From a virus (taxonomy: Duplodnaviria; Caudoviricetes): a stretch of DNA of 25,237 bases. The notes under the pieces were generated by a model. The model was not told the origin of the DNA. It was given only the letters and a program-made list of their open reading frames with translations, and searched no databases. The DNA lies in IMG/VR virus record IMGVR_UViG_3300020469_000242, positions 1-25,237 of that record. One strand, given 5' to 3'. The position numbers and the translations under genes are program-made. Positions within the stretch are counted from its first letter, which is position 1; every line of letters starts with the position of its first letter. This document shows, piece by piece, positions 16,331-25,188 of the stretch.

Positions 16331-16331
16331 G

Positions 16332-17429
16332 TTATGTTCCTAAATATTTAATTTTCATACCGCCACTACCTCCTCTATATCCAACATCTCTAACATCAGG
16401 TACCACATTTGTTCCAGCTGCTGGTATTCCTGGAGGTAAGAAAAAAGTACACTGCGTTTGTTCATAACACGCACATGGTCTGTTATTACTATAACAGTAG
16501 CTGTTAACTGGTGCTCCAAATCCTGCATGTCGACCGAGCATTGTGATAAGTCCCATGATTTTGTTCTGCCCACCAGATGTGCTTGCATGGGTCATACCTG
16601 CGCACTGCTGATTAAATGTGAATGCTGTACCATGTTCACTGCCATAACCTGGAGGTATGGCCACGGTGTTTGCTTGCTGACAAGGGGCTCCGCCACAATC
16701 CCCTACTACCAAACATGACCAGTTTGGTCCATACGGATCACAAACGTCGCCTGAATTGCAATTAAAATCACCACCGTACGCTCTGCGAACATCCTGCCAA
16801 CCACCAACATTACAGATAACACCACAACCGATGTCGCAACAACAATCACAATTTAAACCCTTTTGGTTACACAGATATGTATTTGCGACCCTAAGGCAAC
16901 AAGTACCCATACTATCAAAACATCTAAAACAATAATACGGAGAAGAATCAGGACTACAAAGTGATAGTCCTCCCCATCCCCCTTCTGCGCACAAGCAAAC
17001 TTCTCGTTCATGTCCTATCCCAGAAGTAAGTAAACCATTTGGAGAACATATTATTATACATGTAGAACCACTACAAGCTTTCACACAAAGCTGATCTTCA
17101 CAACATGCGAGTCCTGTGCAAGCCAATATATATGTACTTGCATCTACACAAAGAGTTTTTCTTGCATAAGCTCCTGGATTTCCTGGCAGACCCATACCAC
17201 AACAACATTGCCTTCCAGCACTACCGCCTGCACCCCAAATTTCCAATTGTATTGTACCGGTACCTGGAGATAGCCAACAATACTGACAGGTTGATGAACC
17301 AGTACAAGCCACCCCAGCAAGTGCTTGCCTATTCTGTTGAAAAACATAAAGCTGTCCTTCTTCGATATTTGCTTCTTGTCCTACAAAATCTTTTGATTTA
17401 TTACCAATAATTTCTTTTAAACTTGCCAT
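16332..17429 (-). CDS. Cys/Gly-rich fibre-tip/adhesin-like protein, paralog 2
   Basis: LEIWGAGGSAG...PGNPGAYARKT...GGSGGMKIKY; about 38 Cys in 365 aa (hand count); TAATG overlap with the upstream paralog. Confidence 0.75.
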   Translation of the reverse strand: MASLKEIIGNKSKDFVGQEANIEEGQLYVFQQNRQALAGVACTGSSTCQYCWLSPGTGTIQLEIWGAGGSAGRQCCCGMGLPGNPGAYARKTLCVDASTYILACTGLACCEDQLCVKACSGSTCIIICSPNGLLTSGIGHEREVCLCAEGGWGGLSLCSPDSSPYYCFRCFDSMGTCCLRVANTYLCNQKGLNCDCCCDIGCGVICNVGGWQDVRRAYGGDFNCNSGDVCDPYGPNWSCLVVGDCGGAPCQQANTVAIPPGYGSEHGTAFTFNQQCAGMTHASTSGGQNKIMGLITMLGRHAGFGAPVNSYCYSNNRPCACYEQTQCTFFLPPGIPAAGTNVVPDVRDVGYRGGSGGMKIKYLGT

Positions 17430-18475
17430 TATGTTCCTCTATATACAATTTTTATAGCACCTGGGCCGCCTCGTGCACCATAATTGTAAGCGTCATTTTG
17501 GCTACCACTTGCATTAGCAGGCACGCCGTATGGCATTACATCCTGAAATCTCATAGCAGCACTATTACATCCGCACGGTCTAGTAGCTCCCCAACAATTA
17601 AAAAGAGGTCCTGGACTTGGTGTCCTTCCTGCAAATCCCAGCATTTGTAATAAATCTGATGGTCCTTCTCCACCAAAATTATAACGCATGTTACACTCAT
17701 CGTGCTGATTAATTAACATTACTCCTTTTTTTGAAAAACGATATGGACTAGTTTTTACAAAATGAACATTTGGAATTTTACAACATTGGTTACACATACC
17801 AAACAAAGTACAGGAAATACCCCCTGATAAATTAAGATCTCCTCCAGAAGCAGTAGCAGGGTCACTAGCTACTAGGATATTGCATATCATGCCACAGCCT
17901 TGTCCGTTACCACCAGTAACATCTTCATGGTAGTACGGGCGGGGTAAATCACAAAAGTTTGTATGACAGTAATTTGCTTGAATCGCACAACAAAACGTTG
18001 TTGTGCTTCCATCAGAACACCATCCTACACCGCCTCTTCCTCCTCCTGCACACACTGTACCATTTGCTGATCCTAAACACCAACAAAGACAAGTTGGTCC
18101 ACTTGTACCTTTGTAGCTGTTGCCACCTGAAAAACTGACTTCTTCATTATTACATGCAACACCAATATTGGTGCTAAAGTGTAGTGTATTTCCGTTTAGA
18201 ATAAATGTTTTTTTACTATAAGCACCTGGATTTCCAGGAATAGATAAACCACAACGGTGGAGGCCAGGTGCAGAACCGCTTGCGCCCCAAAGTTCAACAA
18301 CTACAGTCCCAGTCACATTCGGAGATGACCAAGTACGTGTTAAACTATGATGATCTGTGTATTGTGTGCTATGCGGAATGAACACACTTATCACACCAGT
18401 TTCTATGTTTGTTTCTTTTAATAAATTTTGATGTACAACATTTCTAGAAGTAACAATCGAACTTAGAGATGCCAT
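17429..18475 (-). CDS. Cys/Gly-rich fibre-tip/adhesin-like protein, paralog 1
   Basis: VELWGASGSA...PGNPGAYSKKT...GGPGAIKIVY; about 21 Cys in 348 aa (hand count); AGGA RBS. Confidence 0.75.
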   Translation of the reverse strand: MASLSSIVTSRNVVHQNLLKETNIETGVISVFIPHSTQYTDHHSLTRTWSSPNVTGTVVVELWGASGSAPGLHRCGLSIPGNPGAYSKKTFILNGNTLHFSTNIGVACNNEEVSFSGGNSYKGTSGPTCLCWCLGSANGTVCAGGGRGGVGWCSDGSTTTFCCAIQANYCHTNFCDLPRPYYHEDVTGGNGQGCGMICNILVASDPATASGGDLNLSGGISCTLFGMCNQCCKIPNVHFVKTSPYRFSKKGVMLINQHDECNMRYNFGGEGPSDLLQMLGFAGRTPSPGPLFNCWGATRPCGCNSAAMRFQDVMPYGVPANASGSQNDAYNYGARGGPGAIKIVYRGT

Positions 18476-18491
18476 TTATAAATCCTAGTAA

Positions 18492-18824
18492 TCATGTAGC
18501 TGTAATTGCCCAACCATAAGTCACGCCTGTGTATAGTAATGTAATTGCAGCACCGTCAATATCAAGCGTCAAATCGTCTGTGGCATTGTTTATTTTAGAT
18601 CCATTCCTATTGACTGTGACATTATTTGTGTTAAATGATGAAGTTATATCAATAATTTGAACTTGATCTCCTACCATCAAACTTGCACCTGCAGGTAAAG
18701 TGATAGTAAATGCTGCGCTTGAGCTGTCTGCTAATATTCTATCATTTACTGTGGCAGTAAACGTACCACTAACATTTCTAATTACACTGCTTGCAGTACC
18801 TATTTCTGTAATATATCGACCCAT
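18492..18824 (-). CDS. Small tail-fibre-related protein (stand-alone domain resembling the T4 gp34 N-terminal repeats)
   Basis: DSSSAAFTITLP....VGDQVQIID....FNTNNVTVNRNGSKI......L.LD....ITLLY.....GW is a common phage fibre domain pattern; AAGGA RBS. Confidence 0.7.
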   Translation of the reverse strand: MGRYITEIGTASSVIRNVSGTFTATVNDRILADSSSAAFTITLPAGASLMVGDQVQIIDITSSFNTNNVTVNRNGSKINNATDDLTLDIDGAAITLLYTGVTYGWAITAT

Positions 18825-18844
18825 TAGTTATTCCTTTTGCTAGT

Positions 18845-18852
18845 GTATTTAT
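18845..18852 (-). promoter_or_regulatory. Putative late promoter ATAAATAC overlapping the upstream stop codon
   Basis: TAAATA at 18846-18851, 21 nt upstream of the ATG at 18824, followed by AAGGA. Confidence 0.55.
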
Positions 18853-19169
18853 GCAGTTGAAGTCTCAATTCCGAATACTACCACTGACACATTTGTTGCT
18901 GAAGATCTAGCCACAATTTTTTTCCCTGCATCTAATATTATACCTGTTCTTTCTAATACACCTTTTGGACCTATTTCTACATCATATTCGACATATTCAG
19001 CCAAAGTTGGTGTATCTGCTGCAGCTACAGCTATCCTGGCTGCAATTGCAGTATTTCCTCTGTTACACACAGATACACTTACTACTGAAAAAGTTGTAGC
19101 AGGACAAGTATAAAGTGTTACATTTGTGTCAGCGCTCATATCTACTGCGCCTAATCTTCCTGAAGCCAT
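18849..19169 (-). CDS. Small beta-rich virion protein, 106 aa
   Basis: Strong AGGAG RBS; TLYTCP...VSVCNRG...V(V/F)G.E pattern typical of small phage structural proteins; lies between tail genes. Confidence 0.75.
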   Translation of the reverse strand: MASGRLGAVDMSADTNVTLYTCPATTFSVVSVSVCNRGNTAIAARIAVAAADTPTLAEYVEYDVEIGPKGVLERTGIILDAGKKIVARSSATNVSVVVFGIETSTA

Positions 19170-19180
19170 TTATTTCTCCT

Positions 19181-22100
19181 TTATGATTTTAAAAAGAAGT
19201 TCATTGCAACCGGAACGCCGTCAACTCCTTGTTTAAAATTCATTTTCTGCTTTACTACTATACCGTTGTTGGTAGTAGTACTAATATCGTTGTTATTAAT
19301 AATAATTTCACCGGCTGTTATGCTATTTACATTCAATTGTGATGCACCACTACCTATTTGTGATGCAATATATGTTTTAATTGCTTTTTGCGTTGGCACA
19401 ATTGCATCACTGTTTGCAGTAAATGTTCCGTCTGTGCTAAATTCACTTATAACAGCACCTGTTGAACCTAGACCTAGTTCTCCGAGACTTAGTTCTTGTA
19501 ATCCGCTTAGATTGAATGCATCTGCGTTCAGTGTAGCTACACCGGTTGATTGCTCTACTGAAAATAATTCTCCAACACGGAAATTTCCAGATTGATCTGT
19601 ACTTGTATAAAACACTCTACCCCCGCCAGATTCAATTATTTCATCAGCTTGATCTGGATTCTGAGTGGGTATTCCTGGATAATTAGTTGTTGTTGTGTTT
19701 CCTGTGCCTACATCTAAGAAGTCATGTCCTGTTAATCTTACTTGGCTATAACGGATACGTAACGTGAATGCTTCCTCATGTGCCGGTGCTTGTGTAATAG
19801 TTATTGCAGGACTTAGCTGAAATTGAGCTTTATAAGAACCTGCTGAACCTGTTAAATTTCTTACTGCTACTAATTTAAAATATGTAGTAGGTAAACTTGA
19901 CAACACTATGTTAGATCCAGCCAGTGGTATTGCACTCATTTCTTTTACTTGCAGCAAATTTCCATTTTGGAATGTATCCATAAATCCATCACCTGATACC
20001 GTAGCAGTAGCAGTTTGATAATTTGTACCTCTGTTTGTGTATGTTGGTTGTTTCAAGACACCATTTCCGTACCTTACTTGTACTGGTGCATCTGTACCTG
20101 TATTATTAGGATCAGTAAATGTTATCGTAGGTGCAGATGTATAACCTTCTCCAGGATCCCAAATTTTTACTCTTACAATTTCACCTGTCACTACTTCTGC
20201 TCGTGCCTTTGCCCTTTTAGTATAATCACTCGGAGATGTATCACTTGCACTAAATGTTACCCTTGGTTCTATACTATAAGCTGTGGTAGCATCCAAGAAT
20301 GATTCAATGCTCAATCCAGCTGCATGATCCCAGCCTGCAGTGCTATCGCTTTCTTTGTAAATATCTGCTACTTTTGTACCATTGTTATATGCATTTATAT
20401 ATCCGTATTGTCCGGCACCTTTACCAGTAGTTATAAACACTCTCATACCTATAATTTGACTTTGTTGCGAACTATCTGTGTTACTTAATGTTATTGTTGT
20501 TGTAGTGCCACCTTGAGCAGTGTTACTAACTTGATTATAGTCTGCGCCGCCAAAATTATTACCTGTTTCTAGCATGCGAACTTCATAAACACCGCCAGTT
20601 GTTGTTACAGCAGCAGATTGGGCAACTCCAAAACCTTCTCCTGATATGCTTATGGTTGTTCCACCTGCAGTATAACTTTGGCCTGCGTTTGCATATTCTA
20701 GCAACCTAATTTCATTTCCATCTGTTATTATATTATGGATATTAGCTTCAAATGCTCTGTTATCTACTTTTCCAGTGACTGCTGTTTCAGTAATATCTAC
20801 ACCTTCGGCTACAGATCCATGTTCGCCATATGAATTATTTCCGTTAGTAGATCGAATTTTGCCACCATTTTCTGAAAGGTAACCAATATGGTTATAATAT
20901 GTAAACACAGACACAAGTTCCGATCTTCCTAAATTTGTAACCCAATATCCGATCCCGTCACTCAAAATTTGTGTAAAATCATTTGCAACAATACTGTCGT
21001 TACCACCTGTGTGTAGTGCTCCGTCAACTTTTAATCCTGCACATCCAGTACCAAATGTGCTTACACCTTGAATATATGGAGATTTTGTTGCAATCCAACA
21101 ATCCTTATGTTCTGGATTCCATCCTGGATCTAAGCTTACAAATGCACCTGCTAATGGTCTTTTGGTTCCATAACTGTTAGCACTTGATAACCCTGTAATA
21201 CCTGTATTCACAGTCGTTCCATCTGATCTACCATCAAGTCCTTCTAGTGTACATCCTCTTATACCTGTGCCATTCCTACATAGGAACATGTTACTTAATT
21301 TACTACCTTTGACTGAATTTGTATAATATTCGGCTGCCTTTTGTGTTTCATATAGCCCTGTGTATATCAAATCATGTTTTAAAGCATCAATATATTTGTC
21401 AAATTGCTTGTTCAACACCGCAGAATCATAATCCACTGTCCAGGTTAAGGTACCTGATCCGTCTACTAATGTAAACACAGCAGCATCAGTTTTGCTTGCT
21501 CCTATTGTGAACGTAGTTGCATTTGGCTTACTTTTGACATAATAAGTTGTTCCTGAAACAATATTTCCAAATGCAGTTCCTGCAAACTTAATTGGTGCAT
21601 TTATTTCAAGATTTGCAGTGCTTGTTGTGGTAAGTAAATTACCTGATGCTGCAGTTGCAGTGACAGTGCTTGTAAAAGTGTCTGCATTGTATGCAATGAT
21701 TTCTGCTTTAATAAATTTACGATTTAATTCAATAGCTTCAAGTGCATATGTATGATTAGTATCAATTAGAGGATCATTTGCTCCATGTATAAATGGCACA
21801 GTGCCACTACTGTTGATTTTATTATTGATATATTCATAGATTTTTTGGACAAGTACTTTGGACTTTTCTCCTGGTCCGTTTAATGCAATGATACGTGTCT
21901 TTTCTTTTATAAATTTTATTGCATTCAAAGTAGCAGTTTTTTGATCATTTAAAACTTTATTCGCACTAGCAGTACCTCTGTGGTATGATATACCTGCTAT
22001 TAATGATTGGTAGTTAGTTCCTAATGCCATATCGTAAGCAAGTGCATCTATCATGTATCCGCTGTCTCTAGAACAAGTAGTTTCGTTGAATTCTAGTGTA

Positions 22101-25100
22101 GGATTAGCTGCCTTAATTTGTCCTATTGTTTGTGCCTGGATATTGCTTTTTTCTGCAATTATTGCTGCATTACTGGATTGATTAGCAGCAGATGTCCATG
22201 ATATGTTAGGGAATGTTATAGTAGGCAAACTGCTTAAACCACTGGCCAATGTAGTGCCAATTGCTTGCATATAGTTATTACAATCGCCTTGTTCAACTGA
22301 TGAACCTAACCCTCCAACACCAGTTGTGCTTTGACCTGACACTGTGTTCACAATTATATTTGCACAAATAGATCCTAGTTGTGTATAGGCTGCACTTAAT
22401 TCTGTAGTTTCTCCAGAAGCAAATGCTGCAATCTGACCTTTATTAAAGTATAATCTTGCAGCTACAACGGTAGCCCATCTACAATCATATTGTATATCAT
22501 AACTAAGTGCATCAATCGCATAGCCAAAATTTGTAGTCCATGTAGTACTATTATACGTAAAAGATGTTGCAAATCCTGCTGTACCATTTGTAATTTGCGT
22601 GCCTATCCAGGTACTTAATTCAGTCAATATAAAGGCTCTATTTAACTGCAATAGTTGTCTAGCGTGTTTCTTTGCAATTACTGCAGCAGTTGAATCATTT
22701 TGATCAGTAAATGATATAGCATTTGCATTTCCTATTCCGTTGTCCAATATATCAATAATTTCATCAGCATTTGTATCTATAGATGTCAATGCAGACAAAT
22801 GTCCTAATGATCCAGCTACTCCTGATGTTACTTGTGATTCTGCATTACTAGTGCTTTTTGTTACACTGGTTTTTGTTATAATATCACTTATTATATTTTT
22901 TAATCTTGTGACACTTTGCAAACTATATGTAGCATCTACAGTATCTATCACACTGCCTTTTGCTACAATTTTTGTACTGCGTAACTCATCACCTACTACA
23001 GCAGTATTTTCGGTCACAAGCAGAGGACAAATTTCTTCATATTTCCCTGTTTTAACATACAGTGTGTTGTTTGGTTTGTACTCTGTAGGCACACTTGTGT
23101 CAGATTGTGCAGTAAATGCTGCTGTCAAAATTGCTGCTAATGAAGAAATTCTTGTTTGTGCAGTTGTTTCTTCGATCTTTGTTGTATCACTGTGTCGTAC
23201 CACAGACCCATATGTTGTTCCTGGTGCTAGGTTACTTATCACAGCATCAATTACTGTAATCATATAATTTACAGTGGCTACAAATTGTTCATATTTGCTA
23301 GCCATACTTGTAATTAAACTACCGCTGGTAAAATATGCTTTGGTTCTTGTGCGAGTATGCGCATTACCACCATGTCCCATGTCATGCGATATAGCATCTA
23401 TTAACTGTCCAAGTTCTTTTCTCCAATCTTCTTTTGTGTATGAAAAACCAGACCATATACCAGCTGCACCGGATATTTGTGTATCTGTCCATTCTACAGA
23501 TTCATCCTGTATAAAAGCTCGATTCAAATCTAATAGATATCTTGCATTTGGAAACTGTGGTCCTTTCAGTATTTGTTCGCTAGCCCAATTAATTGTTTTC
23601 CAAGGTAAACTCAGCGAACTGCCATACAATGGCCAAGGAGAATCAACACCTGAATTAGTTTCTACGTAATAGATATTATTAACGCTGTTAATATATGACC
23701 ATTCTGGTAAATCACCAGCATCGTTTACTGTTAATACTTGTCCAGTATTTCCTATAGGTAAACGTGCAGGTCCTGATCCGCTGTAATATAAGAGATCCCC
23801 TTTTGTTGTCAGTGCATTATTCTCTGCACCACCTGCTAGGATTTTCCAAAAGTTTTGTCCTGTTTCTGAACCTGTGGTTTGATCTGGTCTATTCTTAGCT
23901 GTAGTTTGATCTGATGTATGTGCTAGTATACAAATATAACTGCTATCATTATAACTTACTGCATCTCCTAGCACATATACACTGGCATTACTCCATGCAT
24001 TCTTCCAATCAATACCTGGATTTAACTGCTTCCAGTATGTTGCATTTGGTGGTTTATAATTTGTAGATTCGTGAGATAATATGCATAGGTAAGTATATCC
24101 TCCAACTGAGACTACGTCTCCAATTTCATAATCTTGGGTGGAGCTATCTTCGCCCCATGCTCCTCTAAATTTAAATCCTGTAGAAAATAAATCCCAATCT
24201 GCTGCATAATCAACAGGTTTTTTTGCACCGTTAAATGTTTTTGCTACGTAGTTATATCCGCCATATGTAGCAATATCGCCTGGTTGATAATTTTTAGTTG
24301 GTGCCCAACTATCTTCAAATTCTAAACCTTCAACAAATTGTTGCCATTTTGCTTCGTCAGATGTAAATAGTGCTTGACTTGTATGATAGGTTATACATAT
24401 CCATATACTTCCTCCATATTTTACAAGATCATTAACTTTGTATCTTACAGATTCTTGCCATGTATTTTTGTATTCAACACCTTTGTGAAAACTATTCCAT
24501 TTTGTTTGATCTGCTTCAAGTCCGCTAGCTAATGTGCCTGAACTTGTATGGCCTTGATTACAAACATAAATTTGGCCACCATATTTTACTAGATCGTTTA
24601 CTTTATACCTTGTTGATATTGTCCAATCACCGGTCCAATTTGTACCATTAGAAAACACAGTCCATTTAGATTGATCAGATTCTAAACCTAAACTTGTATT
24701 TACTGCACTAGTATGGTGGGTGACACACAGATATACAATGCCGCCATACTGTACTAGTTCATTTACAGCATAAGTAACATTTGTACTCCAGTCTCCTTTA
24801 TAAGCAAATGCTTCTGCATATGTTTGCCAATAACTGGAATCACCTGGAAGTCCACTTGTAGCACTTGAATTACTTGTATGGGCTGTGATAGCAATATATA
24901 AAATACCACCGTACTGAACTACATCATTCTCATTGTAGTATGTTGATACAGTCCAGTCATTTCTCCATTGTTGCCCATCTGCAATTTTATTCCAATTTCC
25001 TGCTAAATCTGTAACAAATAAACTTGAGCTTGTGTGCTGTGACACACAGATATACGCATTTCCACCTTTTCTTACAATATCATCTTTGTAATACAAAGTA

Positions 25101-25159
25101 GCAGCGGCCCAATTACCTTTCCAAATAAATTTTATTCTACCTAAATTAATTTCAGCCAT
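19181..25159 (-). CDS. Large tail fibre/spike protein with N-terminal carbohydrate-binding-module-like repeats and a pectin-lyase-like beta-helix, 1992 aa
   Basis: GGAG RBS; eight Trp/Tyr repeats; linker TTKGDLLY..RLPIG..GQVL; beta-helix cap GSSLSLPWKTINWA, then VKTGKYEE..VVGDELR, SPYIQGVSTFG and NNSYGEHG. Confidence 0.82.
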   Translation of the reverse strand: MAEINLGRIKFIWKGNWAAATLYYKDDIVRKGGNAYICVSQHTSSSLFVTDLAGNWNKIADGQQWRNDWTVSTYYNENDVVQYGGILYIAITAHTSNSSATSGLPGDSSYWQTYAEAFAYKGDWSTNVTYAVNELVQYGGIVYLCVTHHTSAVNTSLGLESDQSKWTVFSNGTNWTGDWTISTRYKVNDLVKYGGQIYVCNQGHTSSGTLASGLEADQTKWNSFHKGVEYKNTWQESVRYKVNDLVKYGGSIWICITYHTSQALFTSDEAKWQQFVEGLEFEDSWAPTKNYQPGDIATYGGYNYVAKTFNGAKKPVDYAADWDLFSTGFKFRGAWGEDSSTQDYEIGDVVSVGGYTYLCILSHESTNYKPPNATYWKQLNPGIDWKNAWSNASVYVLGDAVSYNDSSYICILAHTSDQTTAKNRPDQTTGSETGQNFWKILAGGAENNALTTKGDLLYYSGSGPARLPIGNTGQVLTVNDAGDLPEWSYINSVNNIYYVETNSGVDSPWPLYGSSLSLPWKTINWASEQILKGPQFPNARYLLDLNRAFIQDESVEWTDTQISGAAGIWSGFSYTKEDWRKELGQLIDAISHDMGHGGNAHTRTRTKAYFTSGSLITSMASKYEQFVATVNYMITVIDAVISNLAPGTTYGSVVRHSDTTKIEETTAQTRISSLAAILTAAFTAQSDTSVPTEYKPNNTLYVKTGKYEEICPLLVTENTAVVGDELRSTKIVAKGSVIDTVDATYSLQSVTRLKNIISDIITKTSVTKSTSNAESQVTSGVAGSLGHLSALTSIDTNADEIIDILDNGIGNANAISFTDQNDSTAAVIAKKHARQLLQLNRAFILTELSTWIGTQITNGTAGFATSFTYNSTTWTTNFGYAIDALSYDIQYDCRWATVVAARLYFNKGQIAAFASGETTELSAAYTQLGSICANIIVNTVSGQSTTGVGGLGSSVEQGDCNNYMQAIGTTLASGLSSLPTITFPNISWTSAANQSSNAAIIAEKSNIQAQTIGQIKAANPTLEFNETTCSRDSGYMIDALAYDMALGTNYQSLIAGISYHRGTASANKVLNDQKTATLNAIKFIKEKTRIIALNGPGEKSKVLVQKIYEYINNKINSSGTVPFIHGANDPLIDTNHTYALEAIELNRKFIKAEIIAYNADTFTSTVTATAASGNLLTTTSTANLEINAPIKFAGTAFGNIVSGTTYYVKSKPNATTFTIGASKTDAAVFTLVDGSGTLTWTVDYDSAVLNKQFDKYIDALKHDLIYTGLYETQKAAEYYTNSVKGSKLSNMFLCRNGTGIRGCTLEGLDGRSDGTTVNTGITGLSSANSYGTKRPLAGAFVSLDPGWNPEHKDCWIATKSPYIQGVSTFGTGCAGLKVDGALHTGGNDSIVANDFTQILSDGIGYWVTNLGRSELVSVFTYYNHIGYLSENGGKIRSTNGNNSYGEHGSVAEGVDITETAVTGKVDNRAFEANIHNIITDGNEIRLLEYANAGQSYTAGGTTISISGEGFGVAQSAAVTTTGGVYEVRMLETGNNFGGADYNQVSNTAQGGTTTTITLSNTDSSQQSQIIGMRVFITTGKGAGQYGYINAYNNGTKVADIYKESDSTAGWDHAAGLSIESFLDATTAYSIEPRVTFSASDTSPSDYTKRAKARAEVVTGEIVRVKIWDPGEGYTSAPTITFTDPNNTGTDAPVQVRYGNGVLKQPTYTNRGTNYQTATATVSGDGFMDTFQNGNLLQVKEMSAIPLAGSNIVLSSLPTTYFKLVAVRNLTGSAGSYKAQFQLSPAITITQAPAHEEAFTLRIRYSQVRLTGHDFLDVGTGNTTTTNYPGIPTQNPDQADEIIESGGGRVFYTSTDQSGNFRVGELFSVEQSTGVATLNADAFNLSGLQELSLGELGLGSTGAVISEFSTDGTFTANSDAIVPTQKAIKTYIASQIGSGASQLNVNSITAGEIIINNNDISTTTNNGIVVKQKMNFKQGVDGVPVAMNFFLKS
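23830..25130 (-). repeat. Eight tandem ~50-60 aa CBM5/12 (chitin-binding type)-like repeats
   Basis: Consensus (W/F/Y).G.W.....Y..(N/G)D.V.YGG..Y.C...HTS.......W, e.g. WTGDWTISTRYKVNDLVKYGGQIYVCNQGHTS. Boundaries approximate. Confidence 0.85.
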
Positions 25160-25179
25160 TTATAACTCCGACTTTGTAA

Positions 25180-25188
25180 TATTTAGCA
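25180..25188 (-). promoter_or_regulatory. Putative late promoter TGCTAAATA
   Basis: TAAATA 20 nt upstream of the ATG at 25159 with a GGAG SD in between; same GCTAAATA as at 11309-11316. Confidence 0.6.

Noticed and set aside
16355-17347. Alternate-frame minus-strand ORFs 16355-16588 and 17144-17347 (and the antisense ORF 162-368)
   Set aside because: Short, fully nested in well-supported genes, with no motif support.
15218-18475. Diversity-generating retroelement or invertible cassette as the source of the three paralogs
   Set aside because: No reverse transcriptase or recombinase in the window, and no near-identical nucleotide repeat pair seen; the similarity is at protein level.
15218-18475. 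Visibly higher GC in the Cys-rich genes as a sign of recent horizontal transfer
   Set aside because: Largely explained by Gly/Cys/Pro/Ala content; not separable without a GC3 calculation.
3419-23669. Many short + strand ORFs (e.g. 12718-13113, 19266-19595, 22740-23267, 23274-23669)
   Set aside because: They are antisense shadows of long minus-strand genes, many with non-ATG starts and none with recognisable motifs.
10380-25165. ATAAATGGC at four gene starts (10384, 18475, 19169, 25159), resembling the poxvirus TAAATG late promoter
   Set aside because: SD sequences, operon-like overlaps and tail genes indicate a bacteriophage; an A-rich spacer plus Met-Ala explains the motif.
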